NCBI GenBank assembly: GCA_963675515.1
Contig: OY776328.1
Coordinates: 1,950,001-1,982,000, forward strand
Origin: Coprobacillaceae bacterium
Lineage (GTDB): Bacteria; Bacillota_I; Bacilli_A; Erysipelotrichales; Coprobacillaceae
Length of the DNA: 32,000 nucleotides
Reading direction: 5' to 3'
Positions 8,154 through 17,534 of this stretch are shown piece by piece. The position numbers and the translations under genes are program-made. Position 1 is the first letter of the stretch, and every line of letters begins with the position of its first letter. The notes beneath the pieces are model-generated. The model saw only the letters and a list, made by a program, of their open reading frames with translations, did no database searches and was not told the origin of the DNA.

Positions 8154-8954
8154 TCAGATGTTCAGGAGCCTGCAAAAAGCCGCGGCGATCCCGTCATTGT
8201 TGACCGTATCGGTAACATGGTCGGCGTGTTGCTTGACCGCCTCGCTCGCATTGCCCATGGCGATGCCGTGTCCGACAAGTTTAAGCATCTCAATGTCGTT
8301 GTGCCCGTCACCAAAGGCATAGGTGTTTTGTGTCTCGATGTTGAGATGTCTGAAAAGATACTCGCAGGCAGTCCCCTTCGAGAATCCTTCAAGATGGACG
8401 TCCATCCGGATGTCGACATCATCCTCATATGCTGTTATCGCCCAGTTCGACGGAAGCTTTTCCTTCGCCCCTCTAAGGCTAGCGGCGTCACCGAATACTG
8501 CCGCCACTGAACTGGCTGCCACTTCACCCCAGCTGTCTTTTACCAGAGGTATTCCGGTAAGGTCGGCCGACCCGGTATAAATCTCGTTATGTTTTTGCAA
8601 AAACGGATCGTCATGACTGCTTACCCAGTTGCCGCCGTAGCCGCCAAGGGCACAGCTGCCATTGAATTGTTCATACACTTCCAATTGCATTTCAATCTGT
8701 TTTTCGCTGAAAATATTGTGGACAAGCACTTCACCTTGAAACTCGATATAGTGGCCATCCGAGCATATGTAACCATCAAAATCAATATCCTTCACACTTT
8801 CAGGTATCTGGGTCCTGGCAGTGGCGACAACTATATAGTTGCCCTGGCTTTGGAATTGCTTTAGCACCTCGCAAGTTCTCTTGGTTGGATGCATCATTCC
8901 ATCCGGAACATTTACCATAGTGCCGTCAATATCAAAAAACGCGATTTTTTTCAT
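8154..8954 (-). CDS. Cof-type HAD-IIB family hydrolase (sugar-phosphate phosphatase-like)
   Basis: Has FFDIDGTM (motif I), a cap domain, and GDGHNDIEML..VGHGIAMGNA (motif IV). AAGGAGA is placed 7-8 nt before the ATG at 8954; the upstream ATGs are too close to the SD. Confidence 0.85.
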   Translation of the reverse strand: MKKIAFFDIDGTMVNVPDGMMHPTKRTCEVLKQFQSQGNYIVVATARTQIPESVKDIDFDGYICSDGHYIEFQGEVLVHNIFSEKQIEMQLEVYEQFNGSCALGGYGGNWVSSHDDPFLQKHNEIYTGSADLTGIPLVKDSWGEVAASSVAAVFGDAASLRGAKEKLPSNWAITAYEDDVDIRMDVHLEGFSKGTACEYLFRHLNIETQNTYAFGDGHNDIEMLKLVGHGIAMGNASEAVKQHADHVTDTVNNDGIAAAFCRLLNI

Positions 8955-9189
8955 AATCATTCTCCTTGCCAACATGTTCCATCTTTGATGAAACCGTTAG
9001 GCAAAGATTAGCACACGAATCGTTTTTGTGCAATAATCCCCCGCCAAAAAAGTCCCAATTTCAAAAGTTGAAACTGGAGCATGGTTGCAGGGCATTTATA
9101 ATATGCATTTATCGCATAACCAGGATAGAAATCACAACATTACAATGCCCTTTTGTCAGGCCTTGGCTTGTGCTGTTTATTTCCAGCGC

Positions 9190-9683
9190 CTGGGCCACGC
9201 GGTAGTATGGATTTAAAGAGATTCTAGAAAGTGGCTCAAAGCGAACGCATAATCTACGCTTAGAAGCATCGTTATGTCATTGTACGAATCACCTATTCCA
9301 CTGAGTTCCCTGATATGCATGTGTTTTTGTAAAATTTCAGGGCCGCCCCTGCTTCAGGGTGTACATCTGCTTTTTGGCCTGACATAGAGATTGACCTCCT
9401 CATGGAAATTCGCAAATATCCGTTTGACAATACCGTAATCGATGCACTGTTCATAGATCGCACCCCGCGTTTTTGTCGACGATAAGCGCTCCGGAAGACA
9501 CAACACAAAAATCGTAGTCGATAACACCTTTGACTACGCCGCTGTACAGCCTTCAAGTGCACAGGCCAAACAGGTGACCTTCCTTTTGAACTTTCCGATT
9601 CCCCTTATATCACTATCCTTGAAATTGCCTGGAATATCATCGAAAAACAAGGTGCCGTCCAGATCGCTCGCAAATGCTTTCAT
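9190..9683 (-). pseudogene. Decayed Cof-type HAD hydrolase paralog
   Basis: It starts MKAFASDLDGTLFFDD (HAD motif I, ATG at 9681-9683) and runs into a stop. Motif IV, GIGDSYNDITMLLSVDYAF (9241-9300), is in another frame. The total span is about 165 codons versus about 270 for the intact paralogs. Confidence 0.7.
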
Positions 9684-9837
9684 CGTAAATTTTCCCTTTC
9701 ATTGTGTAATTGCACTTATATGAAAATAATGCTACAAAATAAGTAAGATTACAACAGGAACCCGTTTTCAAGTGACTGTTACTGAATGGTTGTCTTGGAT
9801 CCTATCGACAGTTTTATTCGAGTCAGATCAAAATACA

Positions 9838-10845
9838 TCACTCCTGGCTGTGTTCAATGAAATAGTCGAACGCTGCAGCTCCTTGTTCGAGCACGTCCCA
9901 CAACACTTCGGGTCTTTGCTTCAAGGTCGCAATCCAGCTGTCAAGATAGGCAAGGTTGTTGTCGAACTCGCCAAAACCATCATCCATGTTGGTGATTTTG
10001 AGATGACTGACCAAAAACACACTTGTAAGTTCTGCCACGAGTTCCTCAATCGCATAGCTTTCAGTGGATGATTCAAAGGATTCTAAGGAACGGTCTAGAC
10101 GGTGACTTGCACCGATGGCATGTGCGATCTCATGAAGAAGAGTTGCATAATAAGCCTTTTCATTTTTAAAAGATGAACGCAGTGGCAGGACGATCTTATC
10201 CTGCCCCCAGTCGTAAAATGCCCGATTCTGAGCGGCATGGACAACTCTTAGATGCTCGCTTGCCAGAAACCGGCCAACCGCCCCTTTTTCAAAACCTTCC
10301 TCAGGCTCAAAATTTTCAGCCTGGTCGGGATCGATCCCTTCCACAATTCCCGCATTGTAAACTCGATGATAGCCGATGCTTTTAGTGACCGTAAAATCCG
10401 ATTCATGAAGCCGGCCACTGCTTTTAGCGATCAGTTCATCCTTCTCTTTGGCGGAGTAATATTTGGGCTTGTTCTTCAGGCGGTATCTTATCTTGAGATA
10501 CCTGATGGCAAACAGATGGCCGCCCTCAAGTGCGATCTTATTTTCGGGGATGTGCCACTGCTTGTCGGGTTCGCATTCCCTGTTATGGCAGACAAGCTGA
10601 TTGTAGGTCAGCCAGCGGGAATCGGGATATTCCATGACATGGCTTACCAGGCTCAACAGCAGCTGGTTGAAGCCCTGGTATACGTGACCGGAGCTAAACG
10701 ATTTTTGCGTTATGTTTCTCCAAGGCCGGATCCAGACCAGCTTGGTGCCATTTGCCTTCCTTGCGTTTTCCTTTGCGGTTTTGAGATGTTCGATGAAGAT
10801 GGCGCAGATTCGCTTCTGCCATTGTTCGGTTTGTTTGTTTATCAT
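9838..10845 (-). CDS. ArdC-like protein: N-terminal ssDNA-binding DUF1738 domain plus C-terminal zincin (HExxH) metallopeptidase domain
   Basis: The N-terminal half has PW...SGHVYQGFNQLLL...RWLTYNQL (ArdC-N pattern). The C-terminal half has LLHEIAHAIGASHRLDR...YAIEELVAELTSVFL (HExxH plus the EEL.AE motif of ArdC/MPTase-PolyVal). The probable start is ATG 10845 (MINKQ), preceded by AGGGGTGA. Confidence 0.75.
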   Translation of the reverse strand: MINKQTEQWQKRICAIFIEHLKTAKENARKANGTKLVWIRPWRNITQKSFSSGHVYQGFNQLLLSLVSHVMEYPDSRWLTYNQLVCHNRECEPDKQWHIPENKIALEGGHLFAIRYLKIRYRLKNKPKYYSAKEKDELIAKSSGRLHESDFTVTKSIGYHRVYNAGIVEGIDPDQAENFEPEEGFEKGAVGRFLASEHLRVVHAAQNRAFYDWGQDKIVLPLRSSFKNEKAYYATLLHEIAHAIGASHRLDRSLESFESSTESYAIEELVAELTSVFLVSHLKITNMDDGFGEFDNNLAYLDSWIATLKQRPEVLWDVLEQGAAAFDYFIEHSQE

Positions 10846-10951
10846 ATGTTCACCCCTGTTTCTAATATATATTCCCATCCAAACCTCTGATTACTTTGGC
10901 GAACACCACATTTCTTACCATATTCAAACCGCTCCTTGAATATATTGGGTA

Positions 10952-10980
10952 GTGACAGTCAAAATGGAAGATGGTATAAT
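10952..10980 (+). promoter_or_regulatory. Candidate sigma-A promoter of aguAB (extended -10)
   Basis: GTGACA-17 nt-TATAAT, with TGg immediately upstream of the -10. It lies about 50 nt before the aguA ATG. Confidence 0.5.
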
Positions 10981-11032
10981 TTTAGATTGTATAAGTACTA
11001 TTTTATTGAAAGAAAACAAATGAGGTTTTAAT

Positions 11033-12073
11033 ATGCAAAATAACGAATATTTCATGCCTGCCGAGTGGGAAACCCACGAACGGACATTCATCGAGTGGCC
11101 GGTCAAAGATTCACTGGTATGGCCTGACAACTACGACGAGGTAGTGAATGGATATCGCAATGTGATCAACGCCATCTCCCAGTTCGAGCCGGTTACAGTC
11201 ATCGTCAATGAAGATACCTTTGAGCAGGCAAATGAGCTGACCCATGACAATGTCAGACTGCTAAGCATTCCCCACAACGATGCCTGGTGCCGTGACAACG
11301 GTCCGACCTTTGTCTACGACCAGGACCACAATCTTACCGGAATCAACTGGGAATTCAACGCCTGGGGTGAACGTTTCACTCCTTATGACCTGGACAATGC
11401 GGTGGCCGGAGAAATTCTCGAAAACCTGAATATCTCCCGGATCGACGGTGGTCTCGTACTTGAAGGCGGTTCGATCCATGTCGATGGTCAGGGGACCCTG
11501 CTGACGACCCGGGAATGCCTCTTGAACAAGAACCGCAATCCCCATATGACCCAGGAGGATATCGAAAAGAAAATCAAGCCGCTCCTTGGTGTTGAAAAGA
11601 TAATCTGGTTGAACCAGGGGCTGTACGGCGACGAGACCGACGGCCATATCGACAATATCGCCTGCTTTGTAAGACCGGGAGTGATCCTGATCCAGACTTG
11701 CCAGGACAAGGAAGATCCAAACTACCGGATTTCCCAGGAGAATCTGGAAATCCTGCGCAACACCAAAGATGCGATGGGACGCGATCTTGAGATAATCGAA
11801 ATCGATCAGCCCCCAGCCCGTTTCTACAAGGACATCCGACTGACGCTAAGCTATCTTAACTACTACATCGTCAACCGAGGCATCATCCTGCCTGTATTTG
11901 GCGGTGACGCGAGCGAAACCGACAAGAAGGCCATCGAGCTCCTTGCCCATCTCTATCCCGACCACCAGGTTGTGACCATCGATGGAATGGATCTGATAAA
12001 GGAGGGTGGCAATGTCCATTGCATAACCCAACAGATGCCACTTAGAAAATTCCAGCCAGGAGGACATTTATGA
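11033..12073 (+). CDS. aguA: Agmatine deiminase
   Basis: 346 aa. Contains MPAEWE.H..T...WP, WCRD.GP, DGHID, and the catalytic C-terminal GGNVHCITQQ. Confidence 0.92.
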   Translation: MQNNEYFMPAEWETHERTFIEWPVKDSLVWPDNYDEVVNGYRNVINAISQFEPVTVIVNEDTFEQANELTHDNVRLLSIPHNDAWCRDNGPTFVYDQDHNLTGINWEFNAWGERFTPYDLDNAVAGEILENLNISRIDGGLVLEGGSIHVDGQGTLLTTRECLLNKNRNPHMTQEDIEKKIKPLLGVEKIIWLNQGLYGDETDGHIDNIACFVRPGVILIQTCQDKEDPNYRISQENLEILRNTKDAMGRDLEIIEIDQPPARFYKDIRLTLSYLNYYIVNRGIILPVFGGDASETDKKAIELLAHLYPDHQVVTIDGMDLIKEGGNVHCITQQMPLRKFQPGGHL

Positions 12074-12945
12074 GACTAGTGAGAGTTGCAGCCACCCAGA
12101 TGAGCTGCACCAATGTGATTGAAGACAACATCAAAAAGGCGGAGAAGCTTGTCCGTCAGGCTGCCGCTCAGGGAGCCAATATCATCCTGATCCAGGAGCT
12201 GTTTGAAACACTGTATTTCTGTCAGAAGGAAAACGACAGTTTTTACCAATATGCCAAGGATTTGGATAACAACAAGGCAATCAGCCACTTCAAAGCCATC
12301 GCCAAGGAACTCAATGTCGTCCTGCCGATCAGCTTCTATGAAAGAAAAAACAATGCGATGTTCAACTCGATCGCCATCATCGACGCTTCCGGAGAGGTGC
12401 TTGGCGTTTACCGCAAAAGCCATATCCCTGACGGGCCGGGCTATGAGGAAAAGTATTACTTCTCTCCTGGCGATACCGGATTCAAGGTATGGGATACCCG
12501 ATTTGGAAAGATTGGCGTAGGCATCTGTTGGGACCAGTGGTTCCCCGAAGCGGCAAGGATAATGGCATTGATGGGAGCTGAGATCATCTTCTACCCGACT
12601 GCCATCGGATCCGAGCCGGAGAATCCGGACGTCGATTCCAAAGATCACTGGCAGCGTTGCATGATCGGTCATTCGGCCTGCAACCTCGTGCCAGTTGTCG
12701 CATCCAACCGGATCGGCAGCGAGACAATCGAAGATTCGACTATCACCTTCTACGGTTCCTCTTTCATAACCAATGCGACCGGAGAAAAGATAGCCGAAGC
12801 GACGCGTGACGAGGAAACCGTGCTGGTCGCTCAGCTTGATCTTGATGCCCTGATGCAACAGCGACTCGAATGGGGCATATTCCGCGACCGCCGTCCCGAC
12901 TTATATGCACCTATCACCACCTTTGATGGTGAACTTAAAAAATAG
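12070..12945 (+). CDS. aguB: N-carbamoylputrescine amidase (nitrilase superfamily)
   Basis: 291 aa with an ATGA overlap with aguA. The E-K-C triad context is present: IQELF, YRKSHIPD, GVGICWDQWFPE. Confidence 0.9.
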   Translation: MRLVRVAATQMSCTNVIEDNIKKAEKLVRQAAAQGANIILIQELFETLYFCQKENDSFYQYAKDLDNNKAISHFKAIAKELNVVLPISFYERKNNAMFNSIAIIDASGEVLGVYRKSHIPDGPGYEEKYYFSPGDTGFKVWDTRFGKIGVGICWDQWFPEAARIMALMGAEIIFYPTAIGSEPENPDVDSKDHWQRCMIGHSACNLVPVVASNRIGSETIEDSTITFYGSSFITNATGEKIAEATRDEETVLVAQLDLDALMQQRLEWGIFRDRRPDLYAPITTFDGELKK

Positions 12946-12963
12946 AAGACAGGGAGAACTGAA

Positions 12964-13308
12964 ATGGCCAAAATCGAAAATTACCTTTCCGGAGACTTCA
13001 ATGAAATACTCGATGTGATCGAATCGACGATTCTTAATAAGAACTTTTCAGCATCACTTGAAGATGGCACCGATTATCGGGATGAAAATTGCCAGGTGGC
13101 CGTCCGGGTCTATGAAAGGTACTCTTACCTTGGAAAAAACCGGCTGAGCCTGAATGTGACCCTGATCAAAAGTGACTACAAGCTTTTCGTCACCGCCATA
13201 ACTGCCGGCGGTTCCCAGGCCATGTTCTTCAAGGTCAACACCTGGGGCGAGGAAAACTTCCTGCTCTTTTTCAAAGGCATTATCGAACCATATATTATCA
13301 GCCGTTAA
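12964..13308 (+). CDS. Conserved hypothetical protein (114 aa; possibly DUF6054-like)
   Basis: SD AGGGAGAA lies 5 nt before the ATG, and the gene is tightly packed between aguB and the M42 peptidase gene. I recognise no catalytic motif. Confidence 0.55.
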   Translation: MAKIENYLSGDFNEILDVIESTILNKNFSASLEDGTDYRDENCQVAVRVYERYSYLGKNRLSLNVTLIKSDYKLFVTAITAGGSQAMFFKVNTWGEENFLLFFKGIIEPYIISR

Positions 13309-13348
13309 GATAAAATCACAATATTTTAGAGGCTTTGGAAAGGAAACT

Positions 13349-14368
13349 ATGAATAAAGAATACATATTGGAATTGACCAAAGAAATCCTGGCCATTGATT
13401 CTCCAAGTGGCTACACCCACAAGGTTGTCGACCGGATCGCCCAGGAAGCGCAACGCTACGGCTTGCGTTATGAGAAAACAAAAAAAGGCAACCTGATGGT
13501 TTACCTTGAAGGAAGCGGCAGTAAGAAACTCGGGGTCACCTGCCATGTCGACACTCTGGGCCTGATGGTCCGCTCGATCAAAGACACGACCCTTAAAGTG
13601 ACGAACATCGGCGGTCCTTTGATTCCGACTTTGGACGGGGCCTATTGCACCATTTACACCCGCGATGACAGGAAATACACCGGGACGATCCTTTCAACCG
13701 CTCCGGCTGCCCACGTCTACAGCGACGCCGCCACCAAGGTGCGGGACATCGACAATATCGAGATCCGGATCGATGAGGTTGTCAAGACCAAAGAGGATAT
13801 AAAGAATCTTGGCATCCAGAACGGCGATTATGTCTGCATCGACCCCAAGACGACGATGACAGCGTCCGGCTTCATCAAATCCCGCTTTCTCGACGACAAA
13901 CTGTCGGTTGCCTGCATATTCGGCTATATCGACTATATGAAGGCAAACAACCTGAAGCCGTTGCAGAATATCGTCTTCATTTTCTCGACTTACGAAGAGG
14001 TGGGACATGGGGCGAGCTTCATTCCCGAAGTCGACGAGCTGATCGCCTGCGACATGGGATGCATCGGAGACGACCTAAGCTGCAGCGAGTATGATGTTTC
14101 CATCTGCGCCAAGGATTCCAGCGGTCCCTACAATTACGAAATTACAAGCAGACTGATGGCACTGGCCAAGCAGGAAGAACTCAATTATGCAGTGAACATC
14201 TATCCGTTCTACGGTTCCGACGCCTCCGCGGCGATGCGGGCTGGCAACGACGCCAAACATGCGCTTATCGGTCCCGGGGTCCACGCATCACATGGCATGG
14301 AACGCAGCCATATCGATGGCGTAATCAATACAATCAAACTATTGGTCGCATACACGACAAAACAGTAA
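13349..14368 (+). CDS. M42 family metallopeptidase (glutamyl aminopeptidase/FrvX-like)
   Basis: 339 aa. Contains LAIDSPSGY, CHVDTLG (metal ligand), EEVGHGA, and a C-terminal GPGV.ASHG.ER. Confidence 0.88.
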   Translation: MNKEYILELTKEILAIDSPSGYTHKVVDRIAQEAQRYGLRYEKTKKGNLMVYLEGSGSKKLGVTCHVDTLGLMVRSIKDTTLKVTNIGGPLIPTLDGAYCTIYTRDDRKYTGTILSTAPAAHVYSDAATKVRDIDNIEIRIDEVVKTKEDIKNLGIQNGDYVCIDPKTTMTASGFIKSRFLDDKLSVACIFGYIDYMKANNLKPLQNIVFIFSTYEEVGHGASFIPEVDELIACDMGCIGDDLSCSEYDVSICAKDSSGPYNYEITSRLMALAKQEELNYAVNIYPFYGSDASAAMRAGNDAKHALIGPGVHASHGMERSHIDGVINTIKLLVAYTTKQ

Positions 14369-14396
14369 ATCCTCCCGCATTGGGGAGGATTTTTCT
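14369..14396. terminator. Bidirectional rho-independent terminator shared by the M42 peptidase gene and hsp20
   Basis: ATCCTCCC gcattg GGGAGGAT followed by TTTTCTT. It sits between convergent stop codons. Confidence 0.75.
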
Positions 14397-14809
14397 TATT
14401 CCTTAATTTCGATTGATTTGACATCCTTGGTTTCAATTGCCGGTTCCTTTTTAGGAACTTTGATTTTCAGTTCGCCGTTTTTGAAAGTTGCTTCAACATC
14501 TTCTTCGCTTACTTCGTTGCCCACAAAGAACTGCCGGGTGCAAGATCCCGAATACCTTTCTTTCTTGATGATAACACCTTCATCATCCTTGGTTTCTTTG
14601 TTTTCTTCCTTGTTCGCCTTGACGGTAAGGTAGCCGTCTTTCAGGCTCAAACTGATATTATCTTTGGCATAGCCAGGCAATTCGCAAGAAAGTGTGTAAT
14701 CGGTGTCCGATTCCTTGATGTCGGTTTTCATCACCTTGAAGCTTTCGCCAGATGGCGCAATGTCATCAAAAATGTCATCAAACAAACTAAGTCGCGGTAA
14801 AAATCTCAT
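14396..14809 (-). CDS. Hsp20/alpha-crystallin family small heat-shock protein
   Basis: Alpha-crystallin domain: DIKESDTDYTLSCELPGYAKDNISLSLKDGYLTVKA...F.NGELKIKVPK. AAGGAG lies 9 nt before the ATG at 14809; the track ATG at 14818 abuts the SD. Confidence 0.88.
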   Translation of the reverse strand: MRFLPRLSLFDDIFDDIAPSGESFKVMKTDIKESDTDYTLSCELPGYAKDNISLSLKDGYLTVKANKEENKETKDDEGVIIKKERYSGSCTRQFFVGNEVSEEDVEATFKNGELKIKVPKKEPAIETKDVKSIEIKE

Positions 14810-14851
14810 AATATCCATCTCCTTTTAAATTAACTTTTACCTTCTACCAAG

Positions 14852-14879
14852 ATTATAGCACTTTTGTCCCCACTGTCAA
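14852..14879 (-). promoter_or_regulatory. Near-consensus sigma-A promoter of hsp20
   Basis: Minus strand reads TTGACA-16 nt-(TGc)TATAAT. Confidence 0.55.
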
Positions 14880-14944
14880 TCGGTAGCGTTTCTAAAAATG
14901 ACAAAAAACATTGGAAACATCAATAAAATTCAGCCACATTGCGC

Positions 14945-14982
14945 AAAAAAAACCACCATTTCAGATGGCTTTTAGTGTGGTT
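14945..14982 (-). terminator. Probable terminator overlapping the 3' end of the 75-aa ORF
   Basis: Minus strand reads AACCAC...CCATctgaaATGG.GTGGTT followed by T8. The stem is interrupted, hence the moderate confidence. Confidence 0.45.
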
Positions 14983-15188
14983 GAGTAAATGGGAAAATCC
15001 ATTTGCGCAAATATTTCTTCCAGTTCTTTGTCTGTTACCACATTCTCATCAAAATCAAGATAAACCCGGTTATCCGGGCAGGAAGCGACGCATTCCACCA
15101 CTCCATCCACGAAGGAAAATCGGTTGTTGATCCGATTTTCACCCAGATAGCAGGTATCGAAAAATGTCTCTATTTCCAGTCTTTTCAT
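14961..15188 (-). CDS. Hypothetical 75-aa acidic protein
   Basis: SD AGAGGTGG precedes the ATG. It has its own TTGCAT-17-TATAAT promoter and a T8 terminator. I recognise no motif. Confidence 0.5.
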   Translation of the reverse strand: MKRLEIETFFDTCYLGENRINNRFSFVDGVVECVASCPDNRVYLDFDENVVTDKELEEIFAQMDFPIYSTTLKAI

Positions 15189-15214
15189 AATCCACCTCTA
15201 GTTACCTTTTCATG

Positions 15215-15243
15215 ATTATAGAACTAAATGGCAGAAAATGCAA
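15215..15243 (-). promoter_or_regulatory. Candidate sigma-A promoter of the 75-aa ORF
   Basis: Minus strand reads TTGCAT-17 nt-TATAAT, starting 6 nt after the birA stop. Confidence 0.5.
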
Positions 15244-15248
15244 CCGAT

Positions 15249-15920
15249 CTACTTTTTGAGTGAAAACACGGTCAGGTTGATTGTCCGCTCATTCCCGTCT
15301 TTTAGATAATGGAGATAGCCTGATTCATCCAGGTGTTTGACCACGATACGCCCCAGGTCCCTGACTTCGACTTCCTTGTTGTAGAGATACGAATTCTCAT
15401 TGCAGTATCTCAAAACATCCATGTAATCCTCGTCGAGAGTATCCAGGATGCCAGAAGCGACAATCTTTGCCAGTTGCGTCTTTTCCACACTTATCCCGGT
15501 TTTTTCGAAATGTTCAAAATCCTCGTCAAGGTTGATCCCGATTCCCACAATCACCTTGCCGTCGCGATAGTCGATCAGGATCCCGGCCAGCTTTCTGTCC
15601 AGGTAGATGTCATTGGGCCATTTTATTTTGGTTGCCAGATTGAAATCATGGAGCATCTGATTGACGGCTTTGGCGATGTAAAGGGCGATGCGGTGACTTT
15701 GGGCGGGCCGGATTTCATATTCGAAGACAAAAGTAAAGGCCAGATTTTTTGAAGAATCCAGCCATTTGCTTTGTTGCCTGCCATAGCCAGCCGTTTGGCT
15801 GGTGCAGGTTATCAACGTGTTATTTGAAAAACTGCCAAGGTTGGCCAATGCGAACCGCTGGGTCGAATCAACCTGATCGAGGTGGATCAGCTGATAGCGA
15901 ATGTCAGTTCGGCCTGGCAT
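15249..15920 (-). CDS. birA: Biotin--[acetyl-CoA-carboxylase] ligase, group I (no N-terminal HTH)
   Basis: 223 aa. Contains [12 protein letters not shown] (the GRGRxGRxW-type biotin loop), KWPNDIY and GIGIN. It begins directly with the catalytic domain (LDQVDSTQ) and overlaps the fabZ 3' end by 34 nt. Confidence 0.88.
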   Translation of the reverse strand: MPGRTDIRYQLIHLDQVDSTQRFALANLGSFSNNTLITCTSQTAGYGRQQSKWLDSSKNLAFTFVFEYEIRPAQSHRIALYIAKAVNQMLHDFNLATKIKWPNDIYLDRKLAGILIDYRDGKVIVGIGINLDEDFEHFEKTGISVEKTQLAKIVASGILDTLDEDYMDVLRYCNENSYLYNKEVEVRDLGRIVVKHLDESGYLHYLKDGNERTINLTVFSLKK

Positions 15921-16312
15921 ACCAGTTTCCCGTCAACGTAAGCTTTGGCATCGCCTTTGCCGATTGCTCCACGCTGTTTGGTCAAAGTGCAGTGCAGTTC
16001 GACAACGTCACCAGGTTTCACTTGGCCCTTGAAGCGGCATTTGTCAACCCCGCCAAAGAAAACCAGTTTCCCTTCATTGCCTTCTTTTGTCAGGATGGCG
16101 ATGCAGCCAACTTGAGCCAAAGCCTCGACAATAAGGACCCCAGGCATTACATGATATTCAGGGAAGTGCCCTAAAAATTGCATCTCATTGACACTGACGC
16201 ATTTGCGTCCGATCGCCATCTCACCCGGTTTGTAATCGATGATCCGATCAACCAGGGCGAATGGATAACGATGGGGATTGATCTTAGCGATTTGATTGCT
16301 GTCTAGTTCCAT
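15887..16312 (-). CDS. fabZ: 3-hydroxyacyl-ACP dehydratase
   Basis: 141 aa. Contains [31 protein letters not shown] and FFGG.DK.RF. Confidence 0.92.
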   Translation of the reverse strand: MELDSNQIAKINPHRYPFALVDRIIDYKPGEMAIGRKCVSVNEMQFLGHFPEYHVMPGVLIVEALAQVGCIAILTKEGNEGKLVFFGGVDKCRFKGQVKPGDVVELHCTLTKQRGAIGKGDAKAYVDGKLVCQAELTFAIS

Positions 16313-16313
16313 C

Positions 16314-17534
16314 TTATTTCACCTTCTTGAAAATGACTGTGGCGTTGTGACCGCCAAAACCAAGCGAGTTCGAAAGGATGATGTTGATGTCCTTCTCGCG
16401 AGGCGTGTTCGGACAAACATCAAGGTAACATTCTTCATCAGCCACTTTGTAGTTGATTGTCGGAGGGACGATGTTTTCATTCATCGCATCGATTGAAATG
16501 ATCGCTTCGATTGCCCCGGTAGCCCCAAGACAGTGACCATGGTTACCCTTGGTCGAAGAGATTACAACGTCCTTGCCAAATACATTGGCAATCGCCTTTG
16601 TCTCGATCTTGTCGTTTAGATGAGTCGAGGTACCATGGGTGTTGATATAATCAACATCCCCTGGCTGGATTCCGGCATCTTTCAATGCGTTTTCCATCGC
16701 CATTTGCCCGCCGCTTCCATCTTCCAATGGTGCGGTAATATGGTGGGCGTCGCAGCTTGTTCCATAACCGATTACTTCGGCATAGATTTTCGCACCACGT
16801 TGTTTGGCATGTTCGTACTCTTCAAGCACCAGGATTCCAGCACCCTCTCCGATGACAAATCCGTTTCTTTCCTTGTCGAAAGGAATAGAAGCGCGGTTTG
16901 GATCTTCGCTTGTCGAAAGTGCTTTAAGTGCCGAGAAACCACCCACTCCAAGAGGAGTTATGCAGGCTTCAGCCCCACCGACAAGCATCACATCTTCGTA
17001 ACCGTCACGGATCACCCTGAATCCGTCACCGATGGCATTGGTAGCTCCCGCACAAGCGGTAACCACGCAGGTACACATCCCTTTGGCTCCGGTTGCGATA
17101 GCCAATTGTCCGGCTGCCATATTGACGATGGCATTAGGAACGAAGAACGGCGAAACGCGTTCCATTCCCCTTTTCAAACCTTTCGAATGGTTTGTCTCGA
17201 TTGTGTCGATACCACCGATTCCTGATGAAACATTGACACCCATACGGTTTTTGTCAACTTCATCAAGTTTGGCATCATTGTATGCTTCCCTACCGGCAAT
17301 CAATGCCAATTGGATGAAACGGTCAGTCTTGCTGGCAACCTTCTTGTCAAGATATTCGGTTGCGTCGAAGTTTTTGACCTCAGCCGCCAGTTTCACTTTA
17401 AAATCAGTAGTGTCAAAAGCCGTGATGCGGTCGATTCCGCAAACGCCATTTTTGATCGCTTCAAATGTTTCTTTGTTATTATGTCCCAAAGAGTTGATAG
17501 TTCCAACTCCCGTCACGACAACTCGTCTTCTCAT
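16314..17534 (-). CDS. fabF: Beta-ketoacyl-ACP synthase II
   Basis: 406 aa. Contains RRVVVTGVG, the active-site ACAG/TNAIG context, the HxTSTxxND and GHCLGA histidines, and a C-terminal [12 protein letters not shown]. Confidence 0.93.
   Translation of the reverse strand: MRRRVVVTGVGTINSLGHNNKETFEAIKNGVCGIDRITAFDTTDFKVKLAAEVKNFDATEYLDKKVASKTDRFIQLALIAGREAYNDAKLDEVDKNRMGVNVSSGIGGIDTIETNHSKGLKRGMERVSPFFVPNAIVNMAAGQLAIATGAKGMCTCVVTACAGATNAIGDGFRVIRDGYEDVMLVGGAEACITPLGVGGFSALKALSTSEDPNRASIPFDKERNGFVIGEGAGILVLEEYEHAKQRGAKIYAEVIGYGTSCDAHHITAPLEDGSGGQMAMENALKDAGIQPGDVDYINTHGTSTHLNDKIETKAIANVFGKDVVISSTKGNHGHCLGATGAIEAIISIDAMNENIVPPTINYKVADEECYLDVCPNTPREKDINIILSNSLGFGGHNATVIFKKVK

Noticed and set aside
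9293-9562. An 89-aa minus-strand ORF listed in the track.
   Set aside because: It is an out-of-frame read-through inside the decayed HAD pseudogene. The HAD motifs lie in the other frames, and the ORF is Arg/Ser/Cys-rich with no SD.
14821-14880. A possible CIRCE or CtsR operator in the hsp20 promoter (ATAGCACTT; GGTAGAAGGTAAAAG).
   Set aside because: There is only one degenerate CIRCE half-site with no partner 9 nt away. The two GGTA-heptads are adjacent and lack the 3-nt spacer of the CtsR consensus.
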